This document shows positions 25,970-38,289 of a DNA stretch of 64,000 nucleotides, piece by piece; position 1 is the stretch's first letter; each line of letters begins with the position of its first letter. Under the pieces are notes generated by a model. The model ran no database searches and was not told the origin of the DNA. It saw only the letters and a list, made by a program, of their open reading frames with translations. The DNA comes from Malacoraja senta. Taxonomy: Eukaryota. A program made the position numbers and the translations under genes. Where the stretch lies: the NCBI GenBank assembly GCA_038087875.1, contig CM076001.1, positions 250,001 through 314,000 on the forward strand. The letters are read 5' to 3'.

Positions 25970-26271
25970 CTGTAAAACACAAACGCATCAGGTTAGAACA
26001 AGACGACAAATTCTATTGCCAAAAAGAAAGTTTAAAAAAACACTCGTTCTTCAGAAAGAAGGCGGCTATTTTGTAGAATATGTTTTCAGGTTTTTTTTTT
26101 AAATAGGCTCTTAACATAACAAGCACAACGATTTTATTAGAGAGTGAGAACTATAACTGAGATGCCTCAGAAGATTGAGGTGGAGTTAATTCTGCAGAGT
26201 CCACAAATGAAATGTCACAGCTGTGCTGATGTAATTTGGTAAGACAGTAATCCTCGAGTTCAGTAGAAGCA

Positions 26272-26550
26272 GCACTGTGGCACAGTGGTAGAGTTGCTGC
26301 CTTTCAATCCCGACAATGGGTGCTGTCTGTATGGAGTTTGTACGTTCCCCCCGTGACCTGCGTGGGTTTTCTCAGAGATCTTCGGTTTCCTCCCACAATC
26401 CAAAGACGTACAGAAACGATGTATGTTTACTGGCTTGGTAAATGTAAAAACTGTCTCTAGTGTGTGTAGGAGAGTGTTAGTGCGCGGGGATCGCTGGTCG
26501 GCACGGACCCGGTGGGCCTGTTTCTGCGCTGTATCTCTAAACTAAACTAA
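26272..26550 (+). mobile_element. V-SINE (HE1-like) with an internal deletion in the head
   Basis: Same family, (aaact)n tail. Confidence 0.8.
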
Positions 26551-27069
26551 GATGCAGCAAGACGAAAAGTTACATACAGCTTTGATTACTCTGTCAGTAC
26601 TCCAGAGCCTATCTATGCATCAGACTTTGCCCAACTCATTTAATGCTCCCCTCCCTACCTGTTGTAATTGTATACGGCTTGGTTGTACCCAGGCACCGTA
26701 TGAGCTCATTTAATAGCATGGCATGCAAACAAAAGCTTTTGTCGTACCTTGGCACCGTGACAATAATAAACCAATACAACACCTTCAGATAAATACTTCC
26801 TGCTTCTCAAATACTGTTGAACAACACAAGGAAGCAATCAGTCAATTATGCAGATCCAGTGACTAGACTAAAGGAAGAACAATACAACAGAAATTTATTT
26901 TATCAGGAGGGAAATTGATCTGCCAACAGTGATAAAACACAAGATACATAAAATTAAACTGACGGGTGGAAAGGATTGGGGATGTGCAATGATAATGGGG
27001 GGTGGGGGGGGGGGAAGGGAATCAGTCTACCCCACAACCAAAGGGGGAAGTGTTGCACTATTTGATAGT

Positions 27070-30000
27070 TGTTTAAGAAGGAACTGCAGATGCTGGAAAA
27101 TCGAAGGTAGACAAAAATGCTGGAGTAACTCAGCGGGTGCTGCAACATCTATGGAGCGAAGGAAATCGGCAACGTTTCAGGCCGAAACCCTTGTGAGGGC
27201 GGGAAGAAGAAAGGAAGAGGAGGAGCCAGAGGGCTAGAGGTAGAGCTGAGAAGGGGAGGAGACAGTAAGGACTACCTGAAATTAGAGAAGTCAATGTTCA
27301 AACTGCCCAAGCAAAATATGAGGTGCTGCTCCTCCAATTTCCGGTGGTCCTCACTCTGACCATGGAGGAGGCCCAGGACAGAAAGGTCGGATACGGAACG
27401 GGAGGGGGAATTGAAGTGCTGAGCCACCGGGAGATCAGGTTGGTTATTGTGAACCGAGCGGAGGTGTTCGGCGAAGCGATCACCAAGCCTACGCTTGGTC
27501 TCACCAATGTAGATCAGCTGACATCAGCGGATGCAATAGATGAGGTTGGAGGAGGTGCAGGTGAACCTCTGTCGCTCCTGGAAAGACTGCTTGGGTCCTT
27601 GAATGGAATCAAGGGGGGGGAGGTAAAGCGACAAGTGTAGCATTTCTTGCAGTTGCAAGGGAAAGTGCCCATGAGAGGGGGTGGTTCAGGTGGGAAGGGA
27701 CAAATTGACCAGGGAGTTACAGAGGGAGCGGTCTCTGTGGAAAACAGACAGTGTAGGAGATGGGAAGATGTGGCAAGTGGTGGGGTCACGTTGGAGGTGG
27801 TGAAAATGATGGAGGATTATCTGTTGTACGTGACGGCTGATAGGGTGGAAGGTGAGGACTAGGGGGACTCTGCCCTTGTTACGAGTGGGGGGTTGGGGAG
27901 AGAAAGCCGTGTCAAGGGGTATCGAAGAGACCCTGGTGAGAGCCACATCTATGGCAGAAGAGGGGAACCCCCGTTCCCTGAAGAATGAGGACATCTCCGA
28001 TGCCCTGGTGTGGTACACCTCATCCTGGGAGCAGATGCGGTGCAGATGGAGGAATTGGGAGTAGGGGATGGAGTCCTTACAGGAAGCAGGTTGGGAAGAA
28101 GTGTAGTCCAGATAGCCATGGGAGTCGGTGGGTTTATAGTGGCTGTCTGTCAGAAGTCTATCACCTGCGATGGAGATAGTGAGGTCCAGAAATGGTAGGG
28201 AAATGTCGGAAATGGTGTATTTGAGTGCCGGATGGAAGTTAGTGGTGAAATGGATGAAGTCAGTGAGTTGTGTGTGGGTGCAGGAGGTATCATCAATGCA
28301 GTCGTCGATGTAGCGGAGGTAGAGTTCGGGGATGGGGCCCTGGTACATCTCGAACAAGGATTGTTCGACGTACCCTACAAAGTGGCAGTCATAGCTGGGG
28401 CCCATGCGCGTGCTCATAGTTACGCTTTGTATTTGGAGGATATGGGAGGAGTCAAACGGAAAGTTATTAAGGGTAAGGACCAGCTCCGCTAGGCGGAGTA
28501 GAGTATCAGTAGACGGGGATTGGTTAGTTCTCCGGTCAATGAAGAAACGGAAGGCTTTGAGACCTGAAGTTTCCACGCTGCAGACTCCCACTCCCCTGTG
28601 TTTGACTGCGCTGGGTCCTAGTGCTAGTCCCCCTTACCCAGGTAACCTCAGTGGTTGTTCCACTGGGTCTTCCCCTTCCCCCATAAACCATGTGACCCCA
28701 GCTCTTCCCCACCCACACTACAGTCCTCATACCCCCCCTCCTCCCTGACCACCCACCACCAGACATCGCCTCTGCCTTAGTCCACTCACCTGCCTTTCTC
28801 CAGCCCCAGCCCTCATCCTTACCATGTGTTCACCATCCCCCCTGACCTCTCCCTCTCTGATATCGAACGGTCTGTCCTCAGCAGAGGCATTACCTTTGTC
28901 CCCCTCCGTCCCCACCTCAATGAGTTCCGCGCCCGCCACGATGTGGAGCTCTTCTTCCGTCGTCTCCGCCTCAAAGCATTCTTCCATGGGAAGGAGTCCT
29001 CGCCCCCCATTGTTGACCCCTTCTCCCGTCTCCAACAGACTTCCTCCGCTTGGACCCCCCCTCGTGGCCATCTTCGGCTTTAGACCTTTTTATTTTAAAC
29101 TGCCGGCGGGTCATCAACCGCCTCAACTTCTCCACTCCCCTGTCTCACTCTAACCTCTCCCCCCGAACGTATAGCTCTCCACTCACTGCAACAACCCAGA
29201 CAGGGTGATCAAACCCGCCGACAAGGGAGATGCCGTGGTAGTCTGGCGCGCTGATCTCTACATGGCTGAGGCCACGCGCCAACTCTCAGACACCTCCTCC
29301 TACTTATCTTTGGACCATGACCCCACAGACGAGCACCAGGCCACTATCTCTAGCGCCATCACTGACTTCATCAACTCCACCTCCATGCCCCCCCAAGCCT
29401 CCAACCTCATCGTTCCCCAGCCCCGAACGGCCCGATTTTACCTTCTTCCTGGTAGACCCATCGTGTCTGCCTGTTCGTGCCCTACCAAACTTATTTCCAC
29501 ATACCTCGACTCCATCCTATCCTCCCTGGTTAAATCCCCCCCTACCTATGTTCAAGCCACCTCACACGATCTCCGTCATCTCCAGGAATTCCGTTCTCTA
29601 GGCCCCCAACACCTCATCTTCATCATGGACGTCCAGTCACTATACGCCTCCATCCCCCACCAGGAGAGTCTCAAAGCCCTCCGTTTATTCCTCGACCGGA
29701 GAACTAACCAATCCCCGTCTACTGATACTCTACTCCACCTAGCGGAGCTGGTCCTTACCCGTAATAACTTTTCGTTTGACTCCTCCCATTTCCTCCAAAT
29801 ACAAGGCGTAGCTATGGGCACGCACATGGGCCCTAGCTATGCCTGCCACTTTGTAGGGTACGTCGAATAATCCTTGTTCGTGACGTACCAGAGCCGCATC
29901 CCTGAACTCTACCTCCGCTACATCGACGACTGCTTGGTGCTACGTCCTGCACCCACACACAACTCACTGATTTCATCCATTTCACCACTAACTTCCATCC

Positions 30001-31172
30001 GGCACTCAAATACACCTGGACCATTTCCGACATTTCCCTACCATTTCTGGACCTCACTATCTCCTTCACAGGTGATAGACTTCTGACCGACATCCACTAT
30101 AAACCCACCGACTCCCATGGCTATCTGGACTACACTTCTTCCCACTCTGCTTCAAGTAAGGACTCCATCCCCTACTCCCAATTCCTCCGTCTATGCCGCA
30201 TCTGCTCCCAGGATGTGGTGTTCCACACCAGGGCATCAGAGATGTTCTCATTTTTCAGGGAATGGGGGTTCCCCTCTTCTACCATAGATGAGGCTCTCAC
30301 CAGGGTTTCTTCGATACCCCATGACACTGCTCTCTCGCCCCATCCCCCCACTCGTAACAAGGGCAGAGTCCCCCTAGTCCTCACCTTCCACCTTACAGCC
30401 GTCATGTACGACAAATAATCCTCTGTCATTTTCGCCACCTCCAACGTGACCCCACCACTTGCCACATTTTCCCATCTCCTCCCCTGTCCGCTTTCCACAG
30501 AGACTGCTCCCTCCGTAAATCCCTGTTCCATTCGTCCCTTCCCACCCGAACCACCCCCTCTCCGGGCACTTTCCCTTGCAACCGCAAGAAATGCTACACT
30601 TGTCGCTTTACCTCCCCCCTTGACTCCATTCAAGGACCCAAGCAGTCTTTCCAGGTACGACAGAGGTTCACCTGCACCTCCTCCAACCTCATCTATTGCA
30701 TCCGCTGCTCTAGATGTCAGCTGATCTATATCGGTGAGACCAAGCATGGGCTTGGCGATCCCTTCCCCGAACACCTCTGCTCGGTTTGCAATAACCAACC
30801 TAATCTCCCAGTGGCTCAGCACTTCAACTCCCCCTCCCATTCCGTATCCGACCTTTCTGTCCTGGGCCTCCTCCATGGTCAGAGGACCACCGGAAATTGG
30901 AGGAGCAGGAACTCATATTTCACTTGGGCAGTTTGTACCCCAGCGGTATGAACATTGACTTCTCTAATTTCTGGTAGTCCTTACTGTCTCCTGCCCTTCT
31001 CAGCTCTCCCTCTAGCCCTCTGGCTCCTCCTCTTCCTTTCTTCTTCCCACCCCCCCCTCCCCCCCACCATCACATCAGTCTGAAGAAGGGTTTCGGCCCG
31101 AAACGTTGCCTATTTTCTTCGCTCCAAAGATGCTGCCTCACCCGCTGAGTTTCTCCAGCATTTTTGACTACC
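27070..31172. mobile_element. Penelope-like retroelement, inverted arrangement: minus-strand partial copy (to about 28562) joined to a longer plus-strand copy (about 28563-31172)
   Basis: IKPADKG, MDVQSLY, GVAMGTHMGPSYA, LRYIDD RT motifs and a GIY-YIG-type YIGET motif. 16-bp direct repeat tgcactatttgatagt at 27054-27069 and 31173-31188. Confidence 0.92.
31077..31112 (+). ncRNA. Minimal type-I hammerhead ribozyme-like motif in the Penelope terminal repeat
   Basis: CTGAAGA-A-GGGT(TTCG)GCCC-GAAAC-GTT gives both core boxes, stem II and an NUH triplet. Stem I is weak and stem III essentially absent. Confidence 0.65.
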
Positions 31173-31717
31173 TGCACTATTTGATAGTGTTGATATCACA
31201 ACTTGTTGTGGTATTTATTCTGCTTAATAGTTTAAAAAGTATGAAAATAACATTCTGTGCTAAGTCAGAGCAAAAGTACCCAAGTTTTATGTTACACAGA
31301 CTTTCAATATGGGGGTGATCAAGGGCAACATAGCTAAACCTACTCAACTAAAGCCATTTTGTGTCAGTCTCTAAACAGCTGCATGGGTGAATTGTGACCA
31401 CAAGAACCTAGGTCTGAAGTGAAGCAAGACTACTGAAAATGGTCACCAATTCAGTTCATTCTAAAAATAATTCTTGACAAATTGTTAGCCGACTCCATAG
31501 CCAAGTCCACGCACCACTCTGTGCATTAGAATCTACTGAAACACATATTCTCTCTATAGGGCCATGGATTGAAGCTGCCCAGCTCTTCAAAGAACATTAA
31601 GCAATCTAATTTACCAGAGTTCATCAGATAAGGTGCAGCTGGATTCAGTCAATTGCTAGCCATTTGCTTTTTTTGAATCACTTGCATGTGCTAACAAGCC
31701 ATTCATCGGGTACTGAC

Positions 31718-31797
31718 CTTTGTAATTATGACCATGGCCATTTGGGTTGTTGCACTTTCCAAATATTCTCTTGTTATCCTCGGCACTCAAGAAATTA
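31718..31797 (-). CDS. PTS: PTS exon 2 (80 nt), [26 protein letters not shown]
   Basis: ttttccag acceptor and G|gtcagt donor. Contains the diagnostic [13 protein letters not shown] motif (catalytic Cys, two Zn-ligand His). Length matches vertebrate exon 2 as I recall it. Confidence 0.97.
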
Positions 31798-32499
31798 CTG
31801 GAAAACAAGTTACAAATCAAATTTTCAAAACAAACATGAAATATATTGCAGTTTTTTCACATTGGCATTCATTAATAGTTTGCAGAATTCTCAGACAAGT
31901 TAATTCAAATGTAGCCCGATTTCCCAGTATTTGCTGTTTCCATCTCTGATATGGAGTACTGGCAAGCACCCAGACTAATATGGACATGAATCAGAGGAAG
32001 CTGAGGTCAAATCTAAATCATTTTATAAATATTTATCAATGATTCAGAATCACATTTATTAAAATAGTGATTACATAAGAAAATAACTTCATTGGCTTTG
32101 TAACATCTTGGAACATTCTGGAGGTGATGAAAGAAGTTTGCAAATGTAACCTCTCTAACAAACTGACAAATCAATGCACACATTTGTAGTTGGCTCCGTA
32201 GCCAAGTCCATCCATCACTCTGTTCCAGAAGTTACAGATCCTCTGTTGCCTAGATAGTGCTGAATAATACAAAGATTGTGAATGGTGCCATGCTAGTATG
32301 GAATAATATGGAAAGATTGTGACCTAACGCACAAGGGAACCTAAGCAACTGAAATGAGCAATAATAATTTGGATGTGGATGCTTTGGAAAGGTGGTCCTT
32401 TACCAGAACGATGCCTGGATTTGGGGGTATAGCTGCAGGGAGAGGTTGGACAGACTTGGATTGTTTTCTCTGGAATGCTGGAGGTTGAGGGGGAGCCCT

Positions 32500-32640
32500 G
32501 GGGTTGAAGATTGCAACCTTCACGTGGTCCGCCCTGTTTTGACTAATGCAATCAACTCGACGTGCACAAACGGAAGATCAAATAGAACAAGTTGTCCAAC
32601 AACTTTAGGCTGTGCACGCCACATGAAAGAAGAAGAAGGC
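32500..32640 (+). mobile_element. Short retroposed insert with (aga)n tail
   Basis: Interrupts a CR1 fragment and is flanked by the direct repeat ggagccct. Confidence 0.55.
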
Positions 32641-32653
32641 GGAGCCCTTATAA

Positions 32654-34545
32654 TAGCGATGTTACAAAACCTACCATCAGCGGCGCTCCAGATCTGCCAC
32701 TGGCTGTGTGTGGGACTCTGGAGCTTTTGAGGGGGGGGGGGGCGGGATTAAAATGCAGGTTTGTATTGCTTGTCGGAGAGGGATTTCCTCGGGCTGCTAG
32801 CTGATGAAGAAAAATCGATCGGACTTCCGTTCCCAATTTATTTTAAAAAAATTGTTGGACAATTTAATCGCTGGATTAAAGTAAAAAGTGAATTCTAACG
32901 CCCTCAACGCCTTCAACATCATGGATCGCAATATCAGGACAAAATAAAAGGTATGTCGTTTATTTCACATATAATCTTGCTTCTTGGGGTGGCATTAGTC
33001 TAATCTTATGATGTGAAAATGTTATTTAGGCCCACATACGAATCTGTCGTGTCTTGCCTGTCTTTACGTGTCTTGCGTGTCTTTACGGGAACGGCAACGT
33101 TCCAATCGATCACAATCCAGAAACACCCACTCTCAAGATAAATAAATTCATTATTTTTTTGCACAATCATGTGATAAGAAAATCTAAATCATCTATATTT
33201 TGTGTTATTGTCTATCCATGATTAATATTTTCATACTAAATATCCACAACAGTTTTAGTAACACGTATTGTGCAAAAAGTAATGATGATGATTATATTGA
33301 GAGTGGATGTTTCTGGATTAATTTATGGGAATTAAACATTCCTTCCATTTTGCATATATTTTGCAGTGAGATTTAAAAATCATGTTATATTGTGAATTCT
33401 TGTGTGAATGGGATCAGTTTATAATTTGTTATTTGGATGCTTAGGCTATTTAAAATGTTTAGCCTTTTCTTAAGAAATGGATAGATGTTTAGATCTAGTA
33501 ATTGAATTTAGATGAATTTAATTGATTGGATGAATTGATTTGATGAAACTGATGAATATGAATTTTTTGTTGGGTATTTACTATTTGTTTTAGTGTTTAA
33601 CTTAATAATTTCTACCTTTTTTCTAAAACTGCAAATAATAACTTGTTTCTGTTAATGCTGTTCAGTGTTTTTTTCCCTTTACATTTTAAACAGATGTCTC
33701 CAAAGAAGAAATGCAAAATTGTCAATCCAAATGCCCAGCAAAAGAGACTGATTTAGACAGCATTCGCAGAGATTATCTGAATTTGGACTACTCCAAATGT
33801 GATGATCGACAGGACATTCTTAATGGGGAAAGTAGTGGGCAGAAAGGCATGTCATGCGTGGTTTGAAGAGCAAAAACTTGTAGTTTACAATGCCAAAATT
33901 GAAAAGTTGAGGAAAAACAAGGTGTACAGAGTTGTTTATTGGTTGCAATCTGAGGAGTATGATGATGTTATTGATTATGATATGCCAATGTACCAGCTAA
34001 CAACTGATCTTCATAAATACTTGGTCTATTGCTAGAAATTGTAATTTATTTACCTATCTGTTATGGACTTACAGCATATAATACAATAATATTAAAGTTC
34101 TGATCTTGAGAATATCACATTTTTGAATTTTCAAGGCAGTCTGGGTGTTTATTACTATTTCCGTCACAACGGTCAATTTTGGAATTAGCTACAATTAGGT
34201 AACTAACTAATTATATGATTTAATTTCAGGTCCTCCAAGTAAGATGCTTTATATTCGTTTCAGAATGCTTCAATCTATAATAACTGAAAATTTCATTCAG
34301 TACTCTTAATTTTTAAGAAAGTTATGGGCTTTTGACTGTCCTCGATCACAGCTTTTGTGTTAAGTCAATGGAAAAGCAATAGGGAACAAGATGCTAATTT
34401 CCGAGTATGAAAATGGCCATAACTTTTTTAATACTGAAGATATGAAAGTGAATTAGGTATCAAATTAAAGTTTTTTTTATGCTTTATCTGATGGGGTAAA
34501 TTACAGGCTTGATGTTTAAAATCTCAAAATTTTGTAACATTCCTA
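32654..34545. mobile_element. Non-autonomous DNA transposon with hAT-like TAG termini carrying a degraded small ORF
   Basis: TIRs tagcgatgttacaaaa / ttttgtaacattccta interrupt a CR1 fragment. TSD not clean. Confidence 0.7.
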
Positions 34546-36081
34546 CATAATAAAATGATGAGAGACATAGATAGGGTAGGCACTCAAAACCTTTTACTCA
34601 GGAGTGAAAAATCAAATACTCGATGGCATAGCTTAGATGAGTCTGAAGAAGGCCCCCACACAAAACATCACCTATCTACTTTCTCTGGAGATGCTGCCTG
34701 ACCCATTGACTTACTAAATCACTTTGTGTCAATATTTAGTATAAACCAGTATCTGCAGGTCCTTCTTATTAATTTCTCAAAGCAACACGACTGACAATGT
34801 AAATTCTGCATGGTTGACATTCATAGGTCTAGAGTTACAGCATAGAAACAAACCTTCAGCCCATTACGTCCACGCTGACCACCTGTTCACACTAGTTCTA
34901 TGTTATCCCACTTTCTCATCCACTGCCTACATACCGGGGCAATTTATAGACTCCCATTGACCTACAAACCCACATGTCTTTGCGATGTGGGAGAAAACTC
35001 GTGCAGTCAAGGGGAGAACATGTAAACTCCACCCAGATGGCACCCAAGATCAATGTGTTCAGGAAGGTTTCCTTAAGCAGTATGTAGAGGGCTGTACAAG
35101 GGAGGAGGGATGGAGAGTGATAGAGTCATGCACCATAGAAACAGGTCCTTCGGCCCAACTTGCCCACATCAAGCAACATGCCTCATCTGCCCCATTTGAC
35201 CCATATCCCTCTAATCCTATCCATGTTTCTTAAAAGTTGCCATAGTACATGCCTTGACTACCTCCACCTGCAACTCATTCCATACACCCAACTTTGGGTT
35301 TACAAGGCCAACTTTGATAATATTAGACAGGAACTTGCGAAAGTTGATTGGAGTACATGTTCGTGGGTAAAGGTACATCTTGAAAGTGGCATGCTTTCAG
35401 AAGTGCGATGGCGAGAATTCAAGGCATGCATGCTCCTGTTGGAGTGAAGGGCAAGATAGCTGGAAGTAAGGAAGCCTGGCTAACAAAAGAAATAGAACCT
35501 CATTAGGAAAAAGGTAAAGGCAGCTGGGATCAAGTATGTCCCTGGAGACGTTCAGGAGACAGGAGCATACTCAAGGAGGAAATCAGGAGGGTAAAACAGC
35601 AGCAGGAAATAGCTTTGGCAGAGATAAGAGATTTTATGTGCAATAAGAGATAGGGGGTAATTAGAGGAAGCATGGGGCCCATCAGAAAGCAAAGCAGGTA
35701 TCTTTATGTGGAGTCACAGAAGATTGGCAAGGTCCCTAATGGGAATTTCTCCTCTATTTTTATCATGGAGAAGACTATGGAATTTGGGATACTAAGGGGT
35801 ATGAACCAATAGTCTGTAGCCTCCTTTTGTTTTGGTATTTTATTTCTTTCACATGTTTAAACTATAATGTTTTATTATTAATGTTTAATGTTCTATGTGT
35901 CATTCTTAATTTTTTACTGTATATCGTGTTGTTACTTGCGAGCGGAGCACCAAGGCAAATTCCTTGTATGTGTACATACTGGGCCAATAAACTTATTCAT
36001 TCTTTCATTCAAGTTCATCAGCTATATGAGAACACTGGGAAGCTAGCTAGAGAAGAAAATACAGGAGTCCAAGCTGAGATA

Positions 36082-37609
36082 TAGTGGCTTGGAAAAGTTT
36101 TCATGTCCCTTGAACTTTTCCACATTTTGTCACGTTACAACCACAAACGTAAATGTATTTTATTGGGATTTGATGTGATAGACCAACACAAAGTGGCGCA
36201 TAAATGTGAAGTGGAAGGAAAATGATACATGGTTTTCAAATTTTTTAACAAATAAAAAACTGAAAAGTGTGGCGTGCAAAAGTATTCAGCCCCCTTTACT
36301 CTGATACCCCTAAATAAAATCCAGTGCAACCAATTGCCTTCAGAAGTCACCTTATTAGTAAATAGAGTCCACTTGTGTGTAATCTAATCACAGTATAAAT
36401 ACAGCTGTTCTGTGAAGGCCTCAGAGATTTGTTAGAGAACATTAGTGAACAAACAGCATCATGAATCCCAAGGAACACACCAGACAGGTCAGGGATAAAG
36501 TTGTGGAGATGTTTAAAGCAAGGTTAGGTTATAAAAAAATATCCCAAGCTTTGAACTGTTCAATCCATCATCCGAAAATGGAAAGAGTATGGCATAACTG
36601 CAAACCTATGGTAACTCTGGAGGAGCTGCAGAGATCCACAGCTCAGGTGGGAGAATCTGTCCACAGGACAACTATTAGTCGTGCACTCCACAAATCGGGC
36701 CTTTATGGAAGAGTGGCAAGAAGAAAGCCATTGTTGAAAAAAAAGCCATAAGAAGTCCCGTTTGCAGTTTGCCACAAGCCATGTGGGGGACACAGCAAAC
36801 ATGTGGAGGAAGGTGCTCTGGTCAGATGAGACCAAAATTGAAGTTTTGGGCCTAAATGCAAAACGCTATGTGTGGCGGAAAACTAACACTGCACATCACC
36901 CTGAACACACCATCCCCACTGTGCAACATGGTGGTGGCAGCATCATGCTGTGGGATGCTTTTCTTCAGCAGGGACAGGGAAGCTGGTCAGAGTTGATGGG
37001 AAGATGGATGGAGCCAAATACAGGGCAATCTTGGAAGAAAACCTGTTTTTCTTCTGCAAAAGACTTGAGACTGGGGCGGAGGTTCACCTTCCAGCAGGAC
37101 AACGACCCTAAACATACAGCCAGAGCTACAATGGAATGGTTTAGATCAAAGCATATTCATGTGTTAGAATGGCCCAGTCAAAGTCCAGACCTAAATCCAA
37201 TTGAGAATCTCTGGCAAGACTTGAAAATTGCTGTTCACAGACGCTCTCCATCCAATCTGACTGAGCTAGTGCTATTTTGCAAAGAAGAAAGGGGAAAAAT
37301 TTCAGTCTCTAGATGTGCAAAGCTGGTAGAGACATACCCCAAAAGACTTGCAGCTGTTATTGCAGTGAAAGGTGGTTCTACAAAGTATTGACTCAGGGGG
37401 GCTGAATACTTTTGCACGCCACACTTTTCAGTTTTTTATTTGTAAAAAAATTTGAAAACCATGTATCATTTTCCTTCCACTTCACAATTATGCACCACTT
37501 TGTGTTGGTCTATCACATCAAATCCCAATAAAATACATTTACGTTTGTGGTTGTAACGTGACAAAATGTGGAAAAGTTCAAGGGGTATGAATACTTTTCC
37601 AAGCCACTG
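36082..37609 (+). mobile_element. Tc1-family DD34E transposon, IR/DR type, Passport-like. Transposase pseudogene at 36461-37391
   Basis: About 210-bp TIRs with inner and outer direct repeats, TA TSD, and WSDETK, FQQDNDPKH, SPDLNPIE motifs. Frameshifts and an internal deletion are present. Confidence 0.95.
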
Positions 37610-37849
37610 TATACAAATCATCGTGAAACATGGGTGAGGCGCCAGATGATTCGGGGGGTGCTAATATTGGGTGTTGGATAAGGACTGCAAGGAAAAGCCT
37701 GGGAACTGTTGACCAGTGATCTTAACATCTGTGATAGGCAAGTTATTGGAGAGAATTCTGAGCGATGTTATATATGCACTTGTAGAGACAGAGGCTAATT
37801 ATGGGTAGCTCTATAGTTTTGTACGTGGCAGATCGTGTCGAACAAACTT

Positions 37850-37891
<42 letters not shown>

Positions 37892-38289
37892 TTATTTATT
37901 AGAAGTACATTACATCACAGCCACATACATTAATACTCGTCATTTATATCTTCTTACAATTAATGTACTCCCTTTATTTTTTTTTTACGCTAAAGAAAGA
38001 AAAGATTGAAAGAGAGAAGAAAGTGAAGGAAAAAGTGCAAGTGTAGAAAAGTGTAGAAAATGTAACAACAAAAAAAAAAAAAGGACGAGGACCCTATGAA
38101 AGCGAAATTAAAAACAAAAAAAAAAAGAGTTAAGAAATAGGCCCTAAGAAAAGAAAAGAGAGAGAGAAAAAAAGAAAAACAAATGTTTTTTTTTTTTGAG
38201 CATCACGTAAATAGGACATACCAACTCTTCAACTATCATCCCCCCTTACCCGACCTCAATTTTTTATTTTTTTAAAGTACTTTTGCACC

